From positions 1-51,667 of the forward strand of contig JAUCBJ010008766.1 in assembly GCA_032718475.1 (NCBI GenBank): a stretch of 51,667 bases of DNA, written 5' to 3'. Positions 1-11,500 of the stretch are shown here, piece by piece; position 1 is the first letter of the stretch, and each line of letters starts with the position of its first letter. This stretch comes from Nemertoderma westbladi. Taxonomy: Eukaryota; Animalia; Xenacoelomorpha. The translations under genes and the position numbers were made by a program. The notes beneath the pieces are model-generated. The model was not told the origin of the DNA and ran no database searches. It saw nothing but the letters and a program-made list of their open reading frames with translations.

Positions 1-128
1 ACTGGCTTCGGCTAATGTTTTTGGTTTGTTTTGTATTAAATCTTATCATCTTACAAAAGGCAGATTATCAATAAAGACATATAAATTTCGGCAGGTTAAA
101 CTGCTGAAGGTCTATAAAAGCGCGTACA
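1..128 (+). mobile_element. 3' end of an LTR from a third subfamily of the same BEL/Pao family (cut by window start)
   Basis: ttcggctaatgttt...aaagacatataaatttcggcaggttaaactgctgaaggtctataaaagcgcgtaca aligns with the last ~125 nt of the LTRs ending at 6254 and 36939; ends in ACA. Confidence 0.85.
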
Positions 129-502
129 GCAAATACTTTCTGGTCAGGTGTCGGAAATGTAAAGCATGGAACAAATAACGCCTGTAGTTTCCTTGGTAAC
201 ATGCCAACAATAAATTAAAATCATGTTATTGGTGGTCTTTCAAAGCAATTTAACCTTCTCAGTTCTCACACATTCCCGCTTCAAACAAAACATTTGTTTT
301 TTTTTTATTTTTTTCCCTTATGAAATGCTATTATAATCCACAAAATTTTAAAATTTATCAATATTATATGTGTTAGTTTGCCTGCGTTGGTGCATGGACC
401 TGACCCGTCGTGTGTTATCGATTGCTTGTGTGATGAGAATAAAAAACGTCAGCAAGTTCTAAATTGGTAAAATTCCGAATCTAGTATAAACTGAAACCTC
501 AC

Positions 503-560
503 TCCCCCCCCCCCACCCCCCCCCCCCCACCCCCTCCCCCCCAAGTTACTCTACCCCATC
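503..560. repeat. poly-C / C-rich tract (G4-forming potential on minus strand)
   Basis: Runs of 5-12 C separated by single bases. Confidence 0.8.
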
Positions 561-1164
561 CCACAACACCCCCACACTCCACTATTTCCAGCATCTGGAT
601 ACTAGCACTACTAGCTATGCTATTGCTATAGTCCAGTGCAATGTTTTTTTCAATGTTAGTTATATCATTTACTTTATGTATGTGCATTGTACATATTTTA
701 TGGAAATAATGGAAAAGAAATTAATAATAAATTGAAATAAAACATGTACATATTGTTCTAAAATTAGGAACCTCTTGCAATTCCAATAGTTGTTGTTATG
801 GTACAGTAACGGGTATTGATGATGTTGAGAATGTGCGCGGCAGTACTCAGTTTATTATTGTTTACCTCGGATCGGGGTGGATTTGTCTAAACCCTGAGTC
901 ATAGCAAACCGTTGCAATGGCAACTGAGAATATACAATGAACTTATTTTATCACTGGTGGCACCATCCATGGTGACTAAACAACATACAAAAAATTGTGG
1001 CAATCGGTCCAGCTGTTCTTAAGATACTTTGAAACGGACAGACGGACATTTGGTTAAATGCTCTATAGATTGATAGTTATTGTTCAAAACTATTCAAATG
1101 TCCGACTACAAAATTTCGATTTGTTTTGATAAAGATTAAAAGTTTTTCTAGCAATTTCCATGGG

Positions 1165-1190
1165 TACAGGTTTTTTTTGACCACCCTGTA
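1165..1190 (-). mobile_element. probable Tc1/mariner-type terminal inverted repeat remnant
   Basis: Reverse complement reads TA-CAGGGTGGTCAAAAAAAACCTGTA, a typical TA-flanked CAGGGTG end; no partner end found. Confidence 0.4.
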
Positions 1191-1793
1191 GGCCTACCTT
1201 ATTAATCTTTTTGTTAAAATAAAGAATTGTAATTACGATCAAATGTTAATTGTTTTAATTTTAAAATCACTCAATCCGTTCGGCATCTCAAAGAATTTTG
1301 TTTGGCGTATCCTACAGACATCTCTCGTTTTCTTCTACTAATATGGAATATAAGGAGCCCCTAAAGGTACCTGCCCATCCCAGCAACTGCAAAGGCGAAA
1401 ATCTGCCCAAATACTTCTGGGAGCGAATTTTGTTAATACTAATATTTGCTTGTGTTATGTGTCCGTATATTTCGTGGAGACGGATTTTATTATTTGATAC
1501 ATTGTACCATTGATTGTACCCTTGCTGTATTTTCATATAAATCTCATATTGTTCTGATCCTCCTAGGTTTATTTGCGCTCACTCTTTACGTTCGTTCGTT
1601 TAACAATCTGCTCGGGACACCGCTCTACCTAAAGTACCTACTTACACTAGATTTACAATAGATTTTACTCTGCCCTTCACTAATTATTTATATTTAAACA
1701 AACAATTAGAAGATTTGTTGTACTAGATCAACATGGTTACAACTACAGGTACTATATACGGGTAGTATCTCTAGCTGGATAAAACGACTACTT

Positions 1794-3206
1794 GATATAG
1801 ATCTATATGGCTATAACAATTAATTGTTGTAGATCTACATGGTTTTAACTGTTATTTGATGTAGCTCTCCATGGTTACAACTGTTATTTGATGTAGCTCT
1901 CCATGGTTACAACTGTTATTTGATGTAGCTCTCCATGGTTACAACTGTTATTTGATGTAGCTCTCCATGGTTACAACTGTTATTTGATGTAGCTCTCCAT
2001 GGTTACAACTGTTATTTGAATGTAGATCTCCATGGTTACAACTGTTATTTGATGTAGTTCTCCATGGTTACAACTGTTATTTGATGTAGATCTCCATGGT
2101 TACAACTGTTATTTGATGTAGTTCTACATGGTTACAACTGTTATTTGATGTAGATCTCCATGGTTACAACTGTTATTTGATGTAGTTCTACATGGTTACA
2201 ACTGTTATTTGTTGTAGCTCCCCATGGTTACAACTGTTATTTGATGGAGCTCTCCATGGTTACAACTGTTATTTGATGAGGCTCTCCATGGTTACAACTG
2301 TTATTTGATGTAGCTCCCCGTGGTTACAATTGTTATTTGATGTAGTTCTACATGGTTACAACTGTTATTTGATGTAGATCTCCATGGTTACAACTGTTAT
2401 TTGATGTAGTTCTACATGGTTACAACTGTTATTTGATGTAGATCTCCATGGTTACAACTGTTATTTGATGTAGTTCTACATGGTTACAACTGTTATTTGA
2501 TGTAGTTCTCCATGGTTACAATTGTTATTTGATGTAGTTCTACATGGTTACAACTGTTATTTGATGTAGCTCTCCATGGTTACAATTGTTATTTGATGTA
2601 GTTCTACATGGTTACAACTGTTATTTGATGTAGATCTCCATGGTTACAACTGTTATTTGATGTAGTTCTACATGGTTACAACTGTTATTTGATGTAGTTC
2701 TACATGGTTACAACTGTTATTTGATGTAGATCTACATGGTTACAACTGTTATTTGATGTAGTTCTACATGGTTACAACTGTTATTTGATGTAGATATCCA
2801 TGGTTACAACTGTTATTTGATGTAGATCTCCATGGTTACAACTGTTATTTGATGTAGATCTACATGGTTACAACTGTTATTTGATGTAGTTCTACATGGT
2901 TACAACTGTTATTTGATGTAGATCTACATGGTTACAACTGTTATTTGATGTAGATATCCATGGTTACAACTGTTATTTGATGTAGTTCTACATGGTTACA
3001 ACTGTTATTTGATGTAGTTCTACATGGTTACAACTGTTATTTGATGTAGATCTACATGGTTACAACTGTTATTTGATGTAGATCTACATGGTTACAACTG
3101 TTATTTGATGTAGATCTACATGGTTACAACTGTTATTTGATGTAGCTCTACATGGTTACAGCTATTACTTGTTGTAGTTTACATGGTTACAACTATTACT
3201 TGTGGA
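1794..3206. repeat. 32-bp minisatellite, about 44 copies
   Basis: Head-to-tail unit GATGTAG(C/A/T)TCT(C/A)CATGGTTACAACTGTTATTT; period 32 (e.g. 1922 to 1954); degenerate at both edges. Confidence 0.97.
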
Positions 3207-3494
3207 CATATTTTGTTACAAAACAATTTCAGGCAATGCAATACCATTTCATATGTCAATGCAATACCTTGTCATTGTTTAGGAACTTCTCAAAGTGGGC
3301 CTACCAACCGTTGAGGCGTTCGGCTGGAGATTCAGCCTTAACCTTGGTGGTTGGTTGGGTTTTCCTCCAAGTCGGCAGGTTTATCGATTACCATGACTGG
3401 GATAATTGCCTACTGTCATCGCCACTGTTAACCCTTTCGGTACCTAACTGGAAATTATTCAAATCCCCAAATGCCCAAGTCTAATTCATGAATT

Positions 3495-3670
3495 TCTGAA
3501 GTCTGTCTGTCTTTCTGTCAGTTTGTCTGACAAGACTTTAGAAATAATAAAATCTACTAACATTCTCACTATAGGGGTTTTCCTGGTAAAGGATTTAATT
3601 TCCGCTGTCAGTTTTCACTTTTGACCCTATCCAGACTGTTTGTCGGTCTGTCTGTCGGTCTGCCAGGAAT
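3495..3670. repeat. dispersed repeat with GTCT microsatellite, related to the array at 34150-34545
   Basis: Shares tataggggttttcctggt...tgtcagttttca...gactgt(t/c)tgtc with 34276-34375. Confidence 0.6.
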
Positions 3671-4199
3671 CGCATTAGCTAATTAAAATTATCGCTAAGG
3701 GGCTCTATGAAGGCAGTAGCCCTCACAGTGATCTGCCGCCTCAGAGGAAAGGGACTCATTATGGTGATGCTTTTTTGCCGAGTCAGTTCTCGGGGCAAAT
3801 ACTGCACCCATGTTTGCCATTCCACAGGGTGGGTGTCGCAGTAGTATCAGATGAGGCCCACCACCCATACCTTCTCTGAAGCACATGACCCACCAATGGC
3901 TATGTAGCTCATCTGCAGGGCCATGCCTTGTATATTGGTAGATTGTCACCCGCTGGTCAGGCCATATACCCCCACACAGCCGAGTATATGGGTCCTTAAC
4001 CCAGTACAAAGTGGATCCCATAGTTACACATTATGCCCTTAGTAAGAGGGTCTATGCAGCCGCAGCCTTGCTGTAGTTCTACATTGGTACAACTATTATT
4101 TGTTATTATAGATTTGGATTACAAACCAGAGAAGCAACATCGGAGAAGGAAAAGACGCAATGGTGATGACTATGTTTTAGAAACGAAAGAAATCTGCGA

Positions 4200-4347
4200 A
4201 CGGGAATCTATTTACAGCTGATCCAATGGAAATCAGTGTACACTTCATCCAATGGGAATCTGTGTACACTTCATCCAATGGGAATCGGTGAACAGTTCAC
4301 CCAATGGGAATCGGTTTACAATTCATCCAATGGGAATCGGTGTACAG
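4200..4347. repeat. 26-bp tandem repeat, 5-6 copies
   Basis: Unit ATCCAATGGGAATCGGTGTACACTTC. Confidence 0.9.
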
Positions 4348-4669
4348 CGGATATATTTGTCCCATATCAACACATAATTTAACAGCAGTTGAAGTACAAT
4401 GTTCCTTACTCGTGTTGGTCGATTTCTAAATGGAAATGTTGTCAAAAGTTAATAATATCAATCAGTGCCATGTTAAATATAGAGAGATCTTAGGCCTATC
4501 TTAACTGTAAAACACAATCTTTGTCTGTAGATATTTTTCATGTTTGTGAAATTTACACAGTTTCAGGCCAACGCGATTATTTTCGTTTCATAGGGATAAA
4601 AAATACCGACGCAATGGCGGTCCTAAAAGAGAGATCTTATACTGTACAGGTACTGTAGTAAATGTCTCA

Positions 4670-5010
4670 AAATTTACACATTAGTATTTTGATATCTTTG
4701 GAAATTGTTGGTGAAATTTAAAACGGTTTTCAGATTCGGAATCTGCAGATGAAGACATTTCTAATGATATCCAGATTACATTCAAAAGACGGAAAATAAA
4801 GCCGACTGAGGTGGCTAAATATAGCCAAAGAGACGATTTTTAACGGCTTGTGATATCGAAATAGGGGAAATAAACTGTAGCTCATAAATAGCAGCAGTAT
4901 GAAAAATTATCGAACTATCATCATACCAAATTTCGTAGCATATCATGATTTGAATAAATTAGGGGGGTGGGGGGCAGGGGATTCGACCTCCTAAAAATGG
5001 TTGTTGTATT
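4670..5010. mobile_element. diverged half copy of the foldback/MITE at 25757-26590
   Basis: Shares ttggtgaaattt-aacggttttca, tcatcataccaaatttcgtagcat, a G-tract and ctaaaaatggttgttgtatt with the right arm; cagattcggaatctgcagatgaag matches the reverse complement of the left arm. Confidence 0.75.
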
Positions 5011-5054
5011 CTATTAAGGGAGAGAGATTTTTATCTTTTTTTTTTAAATCCACC

Positions 5055-6254
5055 TGTAAAAGCTTTTGTGGGATAACTGATTCGTTTGCTTTGCTAACCA
5101 GTTCCCCCCCGGTCGCTAGAATACTCTAAAGGGGATCTATAGTTAAAATAGTGCAAGCTACCAGCTTATTGGCTGATTTGCTGTGCGCAGGTATCTGGGC
5201 TCTGTTTAATCGGCCAACCAGCCTAGGAAGGTTGCGTCATAGCCTTGTTTTTGTATCTCCCAATAGAATTTGAGTTAGCCTTGATTTTGACCTATCACAG
5301 AGCTACTGAACTGAAATTTTCCTATCTCACTGCTCTTTCTCTGTGTTGAACGGGAGCTTCGTGGAATAAGGGTAGTTGGTATCCTCGTATAGAGAGTAGT
5401 CACGAGTTTTTCAAAGCCACGAAAGAACGGCTTTGTAGTGTTTTGTGCTTTCTGCTTTTTAGCTCAACACTAGTAGGTTTAATTATAAGGACATATATCC
5501 TTTAACTCGCAACGGCTTTAATCTGCTGACACACGGCTTTTAATAACTGCTGAAACTGCTAAAAATTACCTGCTCAATCAATACTGTATACTGCTATTTG
5601 TTGTCGGTTATTCATTATATTTGTTGATGAATTATTATATTGGAATAACGAGAAATAACCCCGAAAACCCAATATTCTTGATATACCGAAGGTAAGAGAG
5701 AAAGGTTACCAATAACGATTGTGACTTATGTTAAAGTGGTTTGAAGTGAATCTAATGTTATTTGATAGACCCTACATGAGTCAGTCTGTGTTCCTTTTAT
5801 ATGTGACTAAAATCAGTGAAGATTGGCAGATTAGTGTGCAGTATTGTGCAGCATTGTGTATGAGTGAGTCTGTTAAAGAAGCATTTCCTAAAGAATGCGC
5901 CATATATGTGAATTATAATTAAGCCATATCGTTGTGAGTAGTTTAAGTCATAACTCTGTTTATATAGATAAAGCGCCACGTCCTAAAGGAACTGTTAATA
6001 TTCCCGAAGGTGAATAATATTGTCAGAGATTATATAATACTGTCAGTCGAATAATACATTAGGCTTACATAGCAATAAAATTAAACCGTCGAACCCAATC
6101 TCCCGGGAATATCCAGCGGGTGAATGATCGCGCACAGATTGGTTTCGACTAGTGTAGTGAATCAAATACTTGTCATAGGCTAAAAAGCGATTTAATATCT
6201 AGAAGACATCTTAATTTGGCGGGTTAAACTGCCAAAGGTCTGAAAGCGCGAACA
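5055..6254 (+). repeat. 5' LTR of element A
   Basis: TGTAAAAGC...GCGCGAACA; direct repeat of 21847-23046. Confidence 0.97.
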
Positions 6255-6266
6255 TTAAAGGATATA
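6255..6266 (+). promoter_or_regulatory. non-tRNA primer-binding site of element A, complementary to LTR 5494-5505
   Basis: TTAAAGGATATA directly abuts the LTR end, lacks TGG, and is the exact reverse complement of TATATCCTTTAA at 5494-5505 (and 22287-22298). Confidence 0.7.
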
Positions 6267-6599
6267 GCTTCTTTATTGCAGTAAGCAATAAAGTTGAAAG
6301 TACCGGTCAACCGGTAAACCTGAAAGGTACATCTGTAGGTCAGTAGGCCCAACTGCCAGAACCGGTACTGCCGTAGGTCCGTAGGTCCAACTGCCAGAAC
6401 CGGTACTTCTGTAGGTCCGTAGGCCTAACTGTCCTAACCGGTACTTCCCGTATAAGTACATTAGTATTATTCGATTTTGATAGTTATATACCGGTAGGCC
6501 TTAATAATTAATCAGGGACTGCAGCCCTGGTTTTTTATTGAGATTTTTACTTATTTCTGTCAAGTTTTATTTGTTTGTAGGCCAGTATTGAACAGAAGG

Positions 6600-7195
6600 C
6601 GTGTAAGCCTGATCAGATTGTACAGACAATTTGTAGGCTGAGCTGTTGTCTGATTGCTGTTAAGTCTGAACGGATTGCAGTGTGTGTAGATCACCTGTCC
6701 GATAAAGAACGGTTAGGAAGTAGGGGCAGCGAATGCTGTAAGGTAAACCCCCAATTAAAGAATAAGTCGTACTACTGGGTTAGAACGCATACTACCTAAT
6801 TATTTCGGAGTCTGCATGTCCTGTAGTTTATTTAGGCTTGAGAGTATTCTGCCATCGTTTAGTCTGTACTTTGTTTGTGTAAGTCTGTACGGGTAGCGTA
6901 TAATTTTATTTAGATAATTTGTAGGCTGGATAGTTGTCTGGCTGTTATTAGGTCTGAACGGATTGCAGCGTGTGTAGATCACTTGTCCGATAAAGAACGG
7001 TTAGGAAGTAGGGGCAGCGAACGCTGTAAGGTAAACCCCCAATTAAAGAATAAGTCGTACTACTGGGTTAGAACGCATACTACCTAATTATTTCGGAGTC
7101 TGCATATACCGTAGTTTGTTTAGGCTTGATGGTAGTCTGTCAGTGTTCGGTCTGCATTTTGTTTGAGTAGTTTGTACGCGTAGCGTAATATTTAT
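6600..7195 (+). repeat. two tandem ~288-bp structured repeats in the 5' leader of element A
   Basis: aatttgtaggctg at 6628 and 6916; central ~130 nt almost identical between copies. Confidence 0.9.
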
Positions 7196-8129
7196 TATTC
7201 AGAGTTTATGCGATTATTCGCAACATTCATTCCCCAAGTTTGTTCCTACAGTAATTGTGTTTGTTATACATACCGCTATAGTTAAATTAACCCCGGTACT
7301 ACACGGGCTGCTTGGCGTAGGTAAAGACTGGTGATTTTGTGCATCGGTCACTCCAGCAGATGCCGTGGTTCTTTTAGCTGTTCAAGTATATTTAACTACT
7401 GATTATATGTTGTACAAGTACTCGTACCTAATTTAGGGTTTAGTGTACAGTACTTTCCGAAGTAATTAGTGTAGACATTATATTTGTGTTGTAAAGTGGT
7501 TGATAGGCACGTTCGATTAGCTCTATTAACTTCTAGGTAGGAACACTCCGTGATACATAACGTAGTACCTATAGCGATACGGCTATAGGTCGTCAGGCGG
7601 TGGTATTTTCCTATCTGGACAACGCAGTGTATTTACTACTACTTATTATTTCAAATACCGTAGTACCCTGTCCGTTGTAATAACCAGATTTCTAACCCTT
7701 TGTTAGGCTGGTTTGTAGACTTCTTGTAAAATTACCCTAAAAATTCGTATTTTGTGTTTTTTGTAAATTTTTGTGTTTATTTAGAGATTGTAATCTCAAC
7801 CCGAATTGTACGTAATTTGTAGTATTAAGTAACTTAGGTAAATTAGAATTATTTGTTTTAGTGTCTTATAAGTAACACTTCATTGAAAGCGCACCGCTTT
7901 GTGTAGTGATTACCCCCCAGAAATAATAACATTTATTTCAAACATTGACAAAACCCATTAAAACGGGTATATATATATTATAAATCAAATCTAACGATTT
8001 ATAAATAGTAGGCCTACCATACAACCATTAGGTCTCAATATCAGTTGGATTACTGCTCAAATAACGGAAGTAAAGTAAGTAAAGTAATCAAGTAACCCTA
8101 AAATACAGAAATTCAATTATTTAAAATAA

Positions 8130-8400
8130 TTGATATACCGGTATTTACGATAGGCCTATTATCTTTATTTCTATAAATTTAGGCTGAAATTATACCGGTA
8201 CTTATAATTAATTCTAGTCCAGAATTATATATACTACAAACTGTAAACTGTATACCGGTATTCCCGATAGGCCTATTATATATTTATATATATTTGTGCT
8301 AAAATTATACCGGTATTCTGTGATAAACCTAGTCTGTAATAATACTTATATAGTTATATATACCATAAGCATACCGGTGTTCTAATATATTATATATATA
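8130..8400 (+). repeat. degenerate ~117-bp repeats punctuated by TACCGGTA palindromes just upstream of gag
   Basis: tataccggtatt--cgataggcctattat...aaattataccggta occurs twice; same arrangement in element B at ~38885-39130. Confidence 0.65.
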
Positions 8401-8517
8401 TCCTACTACACTGAGTAGCAGTATCGGTAATTAATTACTAGGCTAGCAGTTAATACTGAGTTACTAGACTTGCTCAGACTGTAATACAGCAGTAGACATT
8501 CAACGGTATACATAGAC

Positions 8518-11500
8518 ATGTCTGATACTAAGCAGAACCTGTCAGACAGTTTATTAGATGTAACTATCTGCGACTCAGATAGAGACGTAGAACCGTCTGG
8601 TCGTAAGTTCAGTTCACCTCCCACTGTGAGGAAAGTCATCCCTCCAGTAGTAATAAAAGAACCTAGGCTGGTCCAACATCGTAGGTCTATCATAGGCACT
8701 CGAGCTCAGGTCAAACGAGACCAAGAAGCAGCGGAACAGCAACAACCCGCGAGCCAAGAACTTACTTCTCAACGGCCCGATAGCTCCAGTAGTGAAGATA
8801 CGGTAGAACTGACACCCGAACGCGGAGCAAGGATGATAGATGAGGCTTATTCAGATCCCCTTCTCATCCTTCCTGCAGCCGTACTCACTAGGTTATTGAT
8901 CGCTGTGGAAGAACACCAGATCGATTGGGCGAGAAGCCAGCGTTCAACTAGAGATAGTTATGCGGGATACACGAGTGAAGAACTGAAGTCTATTGTCGAG
9001 TCGCAATGGAACTTCCCCGGACCCGGACTTCCGTTTGATTTATCAGAAGCTGCCTGGGAAGACATACACCGGATGGGAGTAGCCAAGGAAACCATCGATC
9101 CTGCTGTGTGTAAGAGGTCCGCAGCCGGATACGCACAGGGATTCTTCAGCTCTATAGAGCGATTAAAAGAACAACTGTTTCATCAACCTCAAGGACCTCA
9201 AGAGCAGGGATTGCTGCTTTATCAAGTTAGAGAAAGAATTCTACGAATCAGGCTAATCTTATCGGCCTTTGAGGAGGCTTCTAAACGAAGACAAGACACG
9301 TCGTTGCAAGTCGCCGTCAAGACTTGGTTTCAAAGGGTGAATCTCCAGGTTCAAGGAACTGCTCAGTGGAAAGCTCAGCTAGAGGAGCGATCAACCCATG
9401 GAGAATCAACAGACGCTACTTTTTCCCAAGTGGAAAGTGAAGCGACGGCAGAGAAACCGCATAAGAGGGATGCCATTGACATCTATCTGTCAGACTATCA
9501 ACGTTTTTTAGGTGATGACGAGTTGAGGAGAAGGTTAGAGGGACTTAGCCCTAATAGTGAAGGAACCAAGCTTGTGTTGGATGCCATCGATGTGGAAATG
9601 AGGGCTGCGAATCAGGCTAAATTTGATGAACAACTCCGCATCACACGAGTCCAAGAAGAACAAGTAAAGAAAAAACGTATAGAAGACAGAAAGAAAGCAG
9701 CAGTGGTAGCTGCAGAAGCAGAAAGAAAGGCGGCAGCGGCCAAGGCAAAAGCGGCAGAGGCAGCGGCCAAGGCAAAAGCGGCAGAGGCAGCGGCAGAGGC
9801 AAAAGCGGCCGAGGCAGCGGCAGAGGCAGCGGCAGAGGCAAAAGTGGCAGAAGCAGAACGGAAAGCGGCTGAAGAAACCACCCAATTAGAATTGGAAAAC
9901 ATTCAGGAGAATCAAGACTGCATAAATAAACAGTTAGCAGCTAGTAATATGCAGATGATGAATCGATCTACTCCCAAAAGACAGGGATATACATCATCTG
10001 AGGAAGGCGATACCACCGATACTGAAGGCAAGGGAAATAGATCTCGTCTAAGTAGACGTAAAAGAACATTCCACCGTCAGAAATTGCCTGATTTGCCTCC
10101 AGCTGTTAGAAGGCAACTAAATAACACCAACTTAGGTAGTACAGAGCCCACAGACCAAATAATTAAAATAGAAAGACACCCTACTATAGTAGATGAGCCT
10201 GAAATAATTAGGCCTGTTCTTGAAATCACCCCTTCGGTGATAGACACACCTGTGCTCCCTGAAACTACTTCTAAATTCCCTCTGCATAGCACTAAGCTAC
10301 CTGTGCCCCGTAGAACTGCCCAGGAAACAGTTCAGGTCCTGGACCCCGAGCGAAATATTCCTGATTTGTCGCCCGTTGTCCCTCGTCCGCCCGCTACAAC
10401 GTTGGCGACTCCCGCTTCGGCGGTCGAATGGGTGGACGAGAGACGGCGGGGGATGGATCTCCTGCTCGGGCAGATGCAGGAGACTGTTCAGCAATTTAAG
10501 GGCACAGTAAGGGAAAGTAGGCTAGAGTTGCAAGAAGTGCAGCAAAGTATCGCGCTAGAACGCGATAAATTAGTAAATACCCAAAAGGGTATACCACCAC
10601 CCTCTGTAACAATGTGTCAACCTGTTAGGTCTGAAGTATCGCATGCGCAAGGTGTGGAGCCTACACGCATCTATACTGCTAGCGAAGTAGAAACTCCTAT
10701 AGTGAACCCTATTAAGGGTAATTATAGACCTGTTGATAATGATATTCCATATAGAACTGATCATAATCCGAGAAATTTATATACCGATAACTCGATATTA
10801 AATAACACGATGGCCCAAGAAAGTTTTACGCGTCAAATGGCTAGAACCGAAGCCCGGCAAGCGGTGAAGGTGGGAGAGATCGTCAAGTTCAATGGAGATG
10901 AGATGAAATGGTTACCTTTTAATGAATATTACAAAGATAACATACAGAACTCTGTACTATCTAATGGAGAGAAACTTAGATTCCTCATCGAGTGCTTGGA
11001 AGGATCTCCCAAGTTAATGGCGTTAAAGTTTATTGGACATCCAGACGGATTAAGACAAGTTTGGGACACACTAAACATCAGGTATGGTAATAGGAATAAT
11101 ATCGCTAAGTATTTATATGCAAAATTAGTAGCGCCCAGAAAGTTCATCAGCAGTGGGATAATAGAGTTTTCCGATGAGATTCAAGAGATCTGTAGACAAT
11201 TAGATTGGTTAGGTAAGTCTCACGAATACCAAAGTTCTATGGTCATTGGAGCTGTGGCTTCTACTTTACCGAAAGGTGGGGTAGGCACACGCTGGGATAA
11301 GAAAGTACTATATATGATGGAACAACAACGACGAGACCCTACCATGGCTGATCTCATGTCATTCCTAGATGGAGAAGTGAAATTACAGCTCCTGAAACTG
11401 TCTAGAGAGAAGACACCGGAAAACAAGGTAAGTGAAAAACCCGTCTCTAGGAGAAAGGTAACACCAGTGTGTTATACAGACGACGGCGAAAGCCAGACTT

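Noticed and set aside
129-160. Possible tRNA PBS (TGGTCAGG at 141) after the partial LTR
   Set aside because: It lies 12 nt from the LTR end and is not followed by leader sequence homologous to A or B, so this is most likely a 3' or solo LTR with flanking DNA
499-687. Gly-rich 62-aa ORF
   Set aside because: Artefact of the poly-C tract
1794-3206. CRISPR-like array (32-bp period)
   Set aside because: Units are contiguous with no unique spacers, there are no cas genes, and the context is eukaryotic
3695-4021. 108-aa minus-strand ORF with faint resemblance to an RTE LINE C-terminus
   Set aside because: No clear motif; similarity too weak to support a call
5728-5979. Short ORFs repeated identically at 22520-22771
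   Set aside because: They lie in the LTR, so identity reflects LTR duplication; no equivalent ORFs are listed in element B LTRs
9535-9902. Antisense Cys-, Ala- and Pro/Leu-rich ORFs (also 40362-40709)
   Set aside because: Shadows of the low-complexity Ala/Glu/Lys repeat in gag
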